From positions 7,004 to 71,003 of the forward strand of contig JAUZPI010000003.1 of NCBI GenBank assembly GCA_030706015.1: 64,000 nt of DNA, in the 5' to 3' direction. Source of the stretch: Bacillota bacterium (GTDB lineage: Bacteria > Bacillota > Clostridia > Clostridiales > Clostridiaceae). A program made the translations under genes and the position numbers. Positions 35,700-42,821 of this stretch are shown here, in pieces (positions within the stretch are counted from its first letter, which is position 1; every line of letters begins with the position of its first letter). The notes beneath the pieces are model-generated. The model was given only the letters and a program-made list of their open reading frames with translations. It did not search any database and was not told the origin of the DNA.

Positions 35700-35777
35700 T
35701 CTATAAATTCCCCCTTAATTTTTATAAACTATTATGTCGTCCTTTATTCAGATTCTGAATTAACTTTTTAAACTATC

Positions 35778-36797
35778 TTAAACTATCTTAAACTGCTGGT
35801 ATCTGGCACCTTGTCCATTAATAGCATCGACTTCTGCCAGGTATGGTACATTAATATAATCTAATACCTCCGCCATACCAAGTCCTCCAGATTCCCAAGA
35901 TTTAAAGCAATATTCATGGAGCTGTGGATGGGTAATTTGCATCTTTTGAAATCTATTAGGGCATCCTTCCATGTGGCATCCAAAAGCACAAAACATGCAG
36001 CCTGTCCTTTGTACTCCTGTTGTATATAATTCTCCAGAAGAGCTTTGCTTTATCTCACCATATACACTACAAATGTCTATATTATTTTCTGCTGCATATC
36101 TTAATACATCCTGTTTAGTCCAAAAACCCATAGGCTGGCTCTTGGGAACATTGGAATCATAAACATTACAGCCTGTTTTTTCATATTTCCTCCTACGTTC
36201 AAAACTTTCATCTTGTGTAATTCCAACGTAAGGAACACGATTAGTTTTTTTATGATACTCTTTAAATGGTTTCTTCTTCATAACATCACAGCACTTTTCA
36301 GAAGTTTCAAATGGTGCATCCAAAAGTATTTTCCACTTTTCTGCAAGCTTTCCTATAGAACCTCGTTCATCTCCGTTGAGAAGATAATTTCTATAACGCT
36401 CTCCTAGGTTGCCATTTCTTAATTTTCTTACCTTTGCTGCTGTCTCTTTTGATACCACTGGATAACCATATTCTTTTATAACTTGCCTAAATGATTTCTG
36501 AGGTCTTAATATAGTTACATCGTCAAAAGTTTTTACAAACTGTTTTAGCTCAGGATATTCTAAGCCAGTGTCAGCAAATACAGCAGGTATATCGCTATAT
36601 AGATGTTTTCTAATTAAATGAAGCAAAACTGTACTATCTAAACCACCGCTAAAGCTAATGTAAACATCTCCGCTCCAGTGGCTATACCAGTCCTCTATTC
36701 TTTTTTTAGTAAGTTCTAATTTTAATTCGTATGGCAAGTTTTTCCTCTGGCTAAATGCCCAATCCTTAAGCTTTAGATCTATATCCTGTATAAACAT
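35778..36797 (-). CDS. PAPS reductase-like PP-loop ATP pyrophosphatase family protein with a C-terminal Cys cluster
   Basis: SFSGGLDSTVLLHL PP-loop. C-terminus GCMFCAFGCHMEGC. Confidence 0.7.
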   Translation of the reverse strand: MFIQDIDLKLKDWAFSQRKNLPYELKLELTKKRIEDWYSHWSGDVYISFSGGLDSTVLLHLIRKHLYSDIPAVFADTGLEYPELKQFVKTFDDVTILRPQKSFRQVIKEYGYPVVSKETAAKVRKLRNGNLGERYRNYLLNGDERGSIGKLAEKWKILLDAPFETSEKCCDVMKKKPFKEYHKKTNRVPYVGITQDESFERRRKYEKTGCNVYDSNVPKSQPMGFWTKQDVLRYAAENNIDICSVYGEIKQSSSGELYTTGVQRTGCMFCAFGCHMEGCPNRFQKMQITHPQLHEYCFKSWESGGLGMAEVLDYINVPYLAEVDAINGQGARYQQFKIV

Positions 36798-36826
36798 TAT
36801 TTCACCTCTCTGCCCCCGAAATTCTA

Positions 36827-37294
36827 CTAATACCCCTGCTGCTGTCTCTCTATATTCTTCTTATATTTCTTGTTATATGCTGCTTCCATTTCTTCTAAGC
36901 TAATATCCAGGCATCTTCCTAAGGCAACGATTGTTGCTAAAACACATTGTTCATCTGAAACATTTGAGAAAGCCACCAAGAAAGCTTTGTCAATATCCTC
37001 TTTATCTAAAATCAAATCTATATGGTTAATCACTGCTTCATTTGCTTGGTGCAACTCATTCTCTAGACTTAGAGCAAAGTGAAAGCAATCCGCCCATTCT
37101 TCTTCTATCTTGGATCTAACGATATACTGTTCTTTCTTCCAGTACTTAAAGCTTTGAACCTCATTCGCTAACTCACCCAACTCAACTAAGAGAGCCAGTT
37201 TGATTTTTTCCTTAGGATATTCAGATATTTCAGCATTTTTAAAAATAAGGTTGTCCAACTCCTTTTGTTTGCTTAGAAGCTTCTTTAACTCCAT
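36827..37294 (-). CDS. Dimeric dUTPase / MazG-like all-alpha NTP pyrophosphatase
   Basis: LALLVELGELANE...YWK...EEWADCFHFALSL pattern. Confidence 0.6.
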   Translation of the reverse strand: MELKKLLSKQKELDNLIFKNAEISEYPKEKIKLALLVELGELANEVQSFKYWKKEQYIVRSKIEEEWADCFHFALSLENELHQANEAVINHIDLILDKEDIDKAFLVAFSNVSDEQCVLATIVALGRCLDISLEEMEAAYNKKYKKNIERQQQGY

Positions 37295-37312
37295 TACTTA
37301 ACCACCTCTCTA

Positions 37313-37726
37313 TTAGACTATTTCAAAGTGTTTCTCGACTATCTCTTGAACCTTTTCGTAATTATGATGTTGACTAATATCATTTAATACTGACTTCTTT
37401 TTAAAACCTGCAGACTCGCGCCTAGTAGCTTCTCTATATTCCCAAGAATCCCACATGCACTTATTTACATAGCAGGCATTTATAAAATAAATATCTCCAG
37501 CATCATTAATGTTATATCTTGGCCTTAATTCACTTGTGTCACCACAATATTTAGGATCTAAATCCCCTAAGTTTTCTAAACTTTCATCGTCTACTGACCT
37601 CTTATATCTATTTAACTCTAACGCAAACTTTCTTGCCTTCTCAATGAAGTTTTCACCTATCTTAACTATAAACATATGTCTTGAATGATAGTATTGACTA
37701 ACTATCAAGCAGTATTTGTACTCCAT
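37313..37726 (-). CDS. Hypothetical protein
   Basis: 137-aa ORF. Confidence 0.5.
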   Translation of the reverse strand: MEYKYCLIVSQYYHSRHMFIVKIGENFIEKARKFALELNRYKRSVDDESLENLGDLDPKYCGDTSELRPRYNINDAGDIYFINACYVNKCMWDSWEYREATRRESAGFKKKSVLNDISQHHNYEKVQEIVEKHFEIV

Positions 37727-37980
37727 TACTTAACCACCTTCAATCCTTTAATTTCGCCAAGGCATTTCTTGCAGATATTTTTACCCTTGTAGTTTTCAAC
37801 TTCTTTAGCTTCACCGCAGAATACACATGCTGGCTCATACTTCTTTAGAATTATGTGCTCTCCATCTACAAAGATTTCTAAAGCATCTTTCTCCTCAATA
37901 TTGAATGTTCTTCTTAGCTCCTTTGGAATTACTATTCTTCCTAACTCGTCCACTCTTCTTACTATTCCTGTTGATTTCAT
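37726..37980 (-). CDS. AbrB/SpoVT-domain DNA-binding protein with a C-terminal zinc-ribbon-like tail
   Basis: GIVRRVDELGRIVIPKELRRTFNIEEKDALEIFVDGEHIILKKY, then CVFCG...CKKC. Confidence 0.75.
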   Translation of the reverse strand: MKSTGIVRRVDELGRIVIPKELRRTFNIEEKDALEIFVDGEHIILKKYEPACVFCGEAKEVENYKGKNICKKCLGEIKGLKVVK

Positions 37981-37984
37981 AATT

Positions 37985-38512
37985 TTATTTCCCCTCTCTA
38001 TTTTTGATTTCTTTTATTTCAAACTCTATTACCCATACCCAAGGGTTTTCATCCCAATTTTTATAGATACTATTCCATTCTGCTTCAAATAGTTCTCTTG
38101 CTGTAAACAACTCAGGCACTTCATTAAAACCTTCCTTTATTGCCCCATCCTCTGTAATGGTCTGTAATCTCTCAACTCTAACATCAGTAACCTTTAAGAA
38201 TATCCTTGCTGCTTCTTTAGGCGTATGGATTGATGGTCGCCACCTTTTTACACCAACATCTATAAACGTATGCTCAACACCGTTATCATCACATTTATAG
38301 AGATACTTCAAATCTTTGTCTATTTCCACATCAGCGTAATTTTGAAAGTCGTCTATTGTGGTCCATGTTTCTCTGATATAAAGAACATCTCCTACTTTAT
38401 AAGATGGTTCGTAGGGTACTAGTCTTTCATTACCCCTTGGCTTAGTTATTAATCCATTAGGATGAACCTCTGTAGGCTGCTTATTAAATTCTTCCGAAGC
38501 TATATAATCCAT
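37985..38512 (-). CDS. ASCH/PUA-fold-like phage protein
   Basis: GGAGGG SD then ATG at 38512. YKVGDVLYIRETW...RWRPSIHTPKEAARIFLKVTDVRVERLQ. Confidence 0.45.
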   Translation of the reverse strand: MDYIASEEFNKQPTEVHPNGLITKPRGNERLVPYEPSYKVGDVLYIRETWTTIDDFQNYADVEIDKDLKYLYKCDDNGVEHTFIDVGVKRWRPSIHTPKEAARIFLKVTDVRVERLQTITEDGAIKEGFNEVPELFTARELFEAEWNSIYKNWDENPWVWVIEFEIKEIKNREGK

Positions 38513-38523
38513 CTGTGTCCCTC

Positions 38524-38715
38524 CTACGCCTGGTAAACTTGTCCAGCTTGTTGAGTCCATTGCTGAATAAACATTACTTCTGCAAAGGCTCTACTGCCTT
38601 TGTTTGCTTGTATTTGTCTTACTGCTTCTGCATAGCTGCATTTGTAGTCACGTGCTACCTGTACTACCTCTAAAGTTTCTTCATGCTCGTTATTAACCAA
38701 CATCCTTCTACTCAT
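38524..38715 (-). CDS. Hypothetical protein
   Basis: 63-aa ORF. Confidence 0.45.
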   Translation of the reverse strand: MSRRMLVNNEHEETLEVVQVARDYKCSYAEAVRQIQANKGSRAFAEVMFIQQWTQQAGQVYQA

Positions 38716-38738
38716 TTTCTTATCCCCCTTATTCCCTT

Positions 38739-39098
38739 TTAATTAATCTTTTTCACTTCTCTAAGCATTGCTTTTACAGCTTTCTCAGCATCCTCATCAT
38801 CATTATCTAGCGCCCAAGCTGTATTAAAATACATGAGAGCTTTCTTTTTATCGCCAGTTTTTAGATAAGCATATCCTAAGTTGAAAGCAGCTTTGTTATC
38901 TTGCTTAAGGATGTATGCTGATTTAAGACTTTCTAACGCTTTATCGTATTGCTTTAGTTTCACATAACATGTTCCAATGTTATATACTGCTGCACGATAA
39001 AATTCTGAATCTATGCTTATTTCTCTATACTTTTTAATTGCATTTTTGTAATCTCTTTTTTCGTACAAGGCATTGCCTTCTTCAAATATTTCATCCAC
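38739..39098 (-). CDS. TPR-repeat protein
   Basis: Three A-x-x-x-Y-N-x-G-type TPR units (AVYNIGTCYVKLKQYDKALESL, AAFNLGYAYLKTGDKKKAL). Confidence 0.65.
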   Translation of the reverse strand: MDEIFEEGNALYEKRDYKNAIKKYREISIDSEFYRAAVYNIGTCYVKLKQYDKALESLKSAYILKQDNKAAFNLGYAYLKTGDKKKALMYFNTAWALDNDDEDAEKAVKAMLREVKKIN

Positions 39099-39100
39099 CC

Positions 39101-39913
39101 CTATCCCTCCTTAAAGAATTTTCTCATTCTATAATTATTCTTCTGGTCCTTAAAGACCGTAATATTATCCCCGCAGGCTTCAATAATTCTTCCAGCTAAT
39201 GCTTCATCCAAATCGAATAACATTCTAGGAGTACACTCACTGGATACAAGCATTGGCAGCCTGTTATTGTATCTATAATTAAGTATTGGATAAATGTGTT
39301 TCATGTCCGATTCGCTCAATTCACCAACCAATCTGCCTTTCTTTACCTTATCCTTGAACAAATCATCAATTATCAAAAGCTTGGCTCTGCTGTATCGGTT
39401 AATTAGTTTGTTATAGTATTCATCATCTAGGGTATTAGCTTTAAGTTCTCTCATGGATTCTAAGTAAGGCATATATACAACTGGCACTGGATTAGCTTCT
39501 CGGTTAATAAGGTTGGTGCCTATTGCTATAACTATGTGAGTTTTGCCGGCTCCTGGTTGACCGAACAATCCGAAGCTATTTTCTCTAGTGTCTTTTATTT
39601 CTTCAAAGGATTTTATATATTCAACAGCTTTTGCTCTGGCAGCCTTGGTTACTTCATCGTAAGGCTTGTAGTCGTTCAGCTTTAGATTCTTTTGGTCTGC
39701 CTTGATTCCGCTGTTATCCCATAGCCTTTTGATGTAGTCCAACTCTACACAGTCACATTTAGCATAAGTTCCTCTCTCGGTTAGGACCCATCCGGTATCT
39801 CTGCATTTATTGCATTTATACTCTGATTGGGTTTTAACCTCCGAGTTTCCCGAAGTCGATAATTTCTGCCGTGTCTTTTGTATTAGTTGCTCGAGTTCCT
39901 CCAACCTTATCAC
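39101..39913 (-). CDS. DnaC/IstB-like helicase loader ATPase
   Basis: Walker A GLFGQPGAGKTH, Walker B LLIIDDL, and an N-terminal CxxC...C zinc motif. Confidence 0.8.
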   Translation of the reverse strand: MIRLEELEQLIQKTRQKLSTSGNSEVKTQSEYKCNKCRDTGWVLTERGTYAKCDCVELDYIKRLWDNSGIKADQKNLKLNDYKPYDEVTKAARAKAVEYIKSFEEIKDTRENSFGLFGQPGAGKTHIVIAIGTNLINREANPVPVVYMPYLESMRELKANTLDDEYYNKLINRYSRAKLLIIDDLFKDKVKKGRLVGELSESDMKHIYPILNYRYNNRLPMLVSSECTPRMLFDLDEALAGRIIEACGDNITVFKDQKNNYRMRKFFKEG

Positions 39914-40550
39914 CGCCTTTTTTAACCTTGTGATTCCTTTGGCTTGTGTATGCTTCTGCTTGACCTAAAGTCTTTATGCCTTGGCTATTCCAATCAGCTA
40001 AAATACTGTTTATATATTTAATCTTCCTAACATTCTCATGAACTGCTACCTCAATAGCTTTGATTATTACGTCTGCATTATCCTCGAATGTTTCAAACCA
40101 CTTTATTAATTCATCACGTTCCATGCTTCCACATACAGGGTTGATATTATTTTGATAAACCTTTATTACATCACCTATGCCTTTTACAGTTTCTTTAGGC
40201 TCTTCTGCTGCAGTAGTATCCTGTTTAACTTCTTCCTCTTCCACATACTCTGGATAAGGCAACAATGTATAAAGGTTACTTTTATACTTCTGGCCATCAA
40301 ATCTATGCTCTATAGAAATAAATCCTTTATCTTCTAGTGACTTTAAATTTTTTCTAACAGTATTTTCAGACCATTTTAAATTTGTAGCTAATGTTCCAAT
40401 ACCAGGAAAGCATTCACTATTTGAGTTAGCATATTTTTTTAGGTGAATATAAATTATCTGTTCATCACCATTTAAACTTTTATGATCCAAAACATAGTTA
40501 TCAATTATCGTAAAATGAAACCCAGTTGTCTTATCATATACTTTATCCAT
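39834..40550 (-). CDS. Replisome organiser (N-terminal wHTH plus DnaD/DnaB_2 domain)
   Basis: C-terminus YINSILADWNSQGIKTLGQAEAY is a typical DnaD-domain end. Iterons lie immediately upstream. Confidence 0.7.
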   Translation of the reverse strand: MDKVYDKTTGFHFTIIDNYVLDHKSLNGDEQIIYIHLKKYANSNSECFPGIGTLATNLKWSENTVRKNLKSLEDKGFISIEHRFDGQKYKSNLYTLLPYPEYVEEEEVKQDTTAAEEPKETVKGIGDVIKVYQNNINPVCGSMERDELIKWFETFEDNADVIIKAIEVAVHENVRKIKYINSILADWNSQGIKTLGQAEAYTSQRNHKVKKGGDKVGGTRATNTKDTAEIIDFGKLGG

Positions 40551-40575
40551 CTAGTCACCTTCTTCTTTATCTTTA

Positions 40576-40714
40576 ATATAGTTAAAAATTAATATAGTTA
40601 ATTGGATATAGTTATTACGCAAATTTTGAAGTACCCTGGTTCAAAATTTGAAGTACCCCTCCTTCAAGATTTGCAGTACCTCAAATTTTGAAGTACCTCA
40701 GAATTTGAAGGGGG
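40576..40714. repeat. Iteron cluster, putative phage origin of replication
   Basis: atatagtta occurs three times (40576, 40592, 40606). aaattttgaagtacc-like units occur five times (40621, 40643, 40666, 40683, 40700) with 17-23 bp spacing. Confidence 0.6.
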
Positions 40715-40717
40715 TCA

Positions 40718-41017
40718 TTATTCTTCTATTGGTATTTGTAGAACCTCTCCTGCCATTACTTCGCTGCTAGATCTATTGTTTTGGTATTCTATCTCTGCTA
40801 TATAGTTGGTTAATTCGGTGTCTTTAGACTTGAATCTTTCTGCAATTTGACTTAGTGTATCTCCCTCTTGAACTGTATAAGTTTTGTAATATAAAATTTT
40901 AGGAAATGTAACTTTTTGGGTATATTGTTCTGTAGTTATGGATATACTAGTAAAGAGGAAGATTGCGGCAATCGCCGCTTTAAAAAAAGTGTTCCTGTTA
41001 ATGAATTTGTGGTTCAT
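40718..41017 (-). CDS. TM plus LysM domain protein (YneA-like architecture)
   Basis: GGGGGA SD then ATG at 41017. TM helix FFKAAIAAIFLFTSISI, then LysM YTVQEGDTLSQIAERF...GEVLQIP. Confidence 0.7.
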   Translation of the reverse strand: MNHKFINRNTFFKAAIAAIFLFTSISITTEQYTQKVTFPKILYYKTYTVQEGDTLSQIAERFKSKDTELTNYIAEIEYQNNRSSSEVMAGEVLQIPIEE

Positions 41018-41042
41018 AATAATTCCCCCATTCATTTACATG

Positions 41043-41137
41043 TGTTATAATGGGGACAAGAGTTTGCCGACTCTTATCCTATTTACTAACGAATTTCTGT
41101 TTAGATTAAGTCCTTTAGCAAGGACTTTTTCTTTTTT
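41043..41137 (+). ncRNA. Candidate cis-antisense sRNA (~80 nt) opposite the LysM-gene leader
   Basis: Extended -10 TGtTATAAT at 41043..41051. 5' hairpin aagagt/actctt. An 8-bp terminator stem aagtcctt tagc aaggactt (41108..41127) is followed by TTTCTTTTTT on the plus strand only. Confidence 0.45.
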
Positions 41138-41159
41138 GTGAGCATATCCTCACGCCCCT

Positions 41160-41900
41160 TTACAATTCAATTTCTAGTCCTTTATCTGCCACATAAGTTG
41201 GTTTTCCTGTAAGTTTTTCAATCTCAGTTTTAAACTCTTCTGAATTGCTGTTTCCATCACTTAGATGTATAAGCACTATTTCTCTAAGTTGGCTTAAGTC
41301 ATTAGCGCTTAAGAACTCTTTTACATTTGCTAGACTAAAGTGTGATTTTAGCAGTCTATTTCTTAAGCTAAGAGGAATTTTCCCCTCACTTATATTATCC
41401 TGTAGTATTTCAGTACTATAATTACACTCTATAAGAATGTGGTTAAGTCCCTTAAATTTGTATTGACAATAATAGCTATCAGTTATGAAGAGTAATTTTC
41501 CTATTTCCTCGTGCTGTACGAGAAATCCAAGTGGCTCTACTGCATCATGTTGTGTTTCAAATGGTAGAATTGTAAAACCACCCAAAGTAATTTGCTCTTC
41601 TGACTTTATAAAATTAAGTCTATGGTAGGTTTCTAACGCATTACATTCCTTTACAATTGCTCTAGCTGTACCTAAACTTGTGTAAATGTCTATTCCGTAC
41701 CTTAGCAACTCTCTAAGCGACTTAGAATGGTCTTTGTGTTCATGTGTGACTAAACACCCTACAACATTACTCAGATTGAAATTCAAGCCCTTTAGAATGC
41801 TTTTGTAATTGATTCCACATTCCAGTATCAATGTTTCTTTTTCTCCCTCTAACAGATAGCAATTACCCAAGCTGCTACTGCTTAAAACTTTCAATCTCAT
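41160..41900 (-). CDS. MBL-fold metallo-hydrolase
   Basis: THEHKDH motif. Adjacent to recT. Confidence 0.8.
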   Translation of the reverse strand: MRLKVLSSSSLGNCYLLEGEKETLILECGINYKSILKGLNFNLSNVVGCLVTHEHKDHSKSLRELLRYGIDIYTSLGTARAIVKECNALETYHRLNFIKSEEQITLGGFTILPFETQHDAVEPLGFLVQHEEIGKLLFITDSYYCQYKFKGLNHILIECNYSTEILQDNISEGKIPLSLRNRLLKSHFSLANVKEFLSANDLSQLREIVLIHLSDGNSNSEEFKTEIEKLTGKPTYVADKGLEIEL

Positions 41901-41902
41901 AT

Positions 41903-42820
41903 CTAGAAACCTGGTCCATCAAAGGTCGTTTGTTTAGAATCAACTGGAGTTGGTTCAACATCTATTACCTTTTGAGTTGCTTTTTCTTCTTGTTTAACAG
42001 GTTGATTAATGTCAATTTCTTTAGTGTTTCCCTTATCTTTGATTTCTTCTTTAACTTCATAGTCAACATTATTCACAACATCTGCTTCATCAAATGTTCT
42101 TTCATCAGATTTGTTAAATGCTTCGATTAGTAAATCACTATCATCTGAGGTATTGGCAAACATCTTGCAGGCTCTATTGATTACAGTTTTCTTTGCCATT
42201 TCATCAGTGAAGTTATTATGTGCTGTAGACCTACCACTTTTATAAGCAATTCCTTGGCCCCAAGCTTTTTTAATTTGGTCAATATTCATTACCTCAGTAT
42301 GAATTGGACCTTTCTCTCCTAGTACAACTGCAAATGCACCTTTAATTTTGGTTATATCTATGTTCTCAAATTTAGGATTAAACTTAGTTATTTTCAATGT
42401 GGCAGTATCTAGATCATATTGTTGCTCAAATTCATCACCCTCATAGATGCAATATGCTTTTATGTCTTTTATTCCATTTAGTCTTTTGGTAACTGCTACG
42501 GTACCCATGTAGCTTCTCATAAGTTGCAGTTTACTTCCGTATACTACAAAATAGCATTGCTTCTTAGCAGGACTTAGACCTTGTAGCACCATGTTGTAGA
42601 GACCTTCTATTATTGAGTTTTTAGTGCATATCTCCAACGCAGGTTTATCATTTTTATCCTTGATATCTTGAAGCATTAACCATGCACTATTCATTGCATT
42701 TTGAGGTGAATAGTTCTTTGGAATTACTATATTCTGTTGCTTTTGCAGTTCTGTAATCTTTGATGTTACTACATTAAGGGCTTCTTCTTTAACTAGTGAT
42801 AATTGATTATTTTCACTCAT
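41903..42820 (-). CDS. recT: RecT-family single-strand annealing recombinase
   Basis: 305 aa. ...CTKNSIIEGLYNMVLQGLSPAKKQCYFVVYGSKLQLMRSYMG... is a RecT-like core. Acidic C-terminal tail. Confidence 0.75.
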   Translation of the reverse strand: MSENNQLSLVKEEALNVVTSKITELQKQQNIVIPKNYSPQNAMNSAWLMLQDIKDKNDKPALEICTKNSIIEGLYNMVLQGLSPAKKQCYFVVYGSKLQLMRSYMGTVAVTKRLNGIKDIKAYCIYEGDEFEQQYDLDTATLKITKFNPKFENIDITKIKGAFAVVLGEKGPIHTEVMNIDQIKKAWGQGIAYKSGRSTAHNNFTDEMAKKTVINRACKMFANTSDDSDLLIEAFNKSDERTFDEADVVNNVDYEVKEEIKDKGNTKEIDINQPVKQEEKATQKVIDVEPTPVDSKQTTFDGPGF

Positions 42821-42821
42821 A

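Noticed and set aside
39834-39913. The 80-nt overlap between the DnaD-like and DnaC-like ORFs as a frameshift or fusion signal
   Set aside because: I saw no slippery heptamer. The more likely explanations are a genuine overlap, or a downstream non-ATG start for the loader gene.
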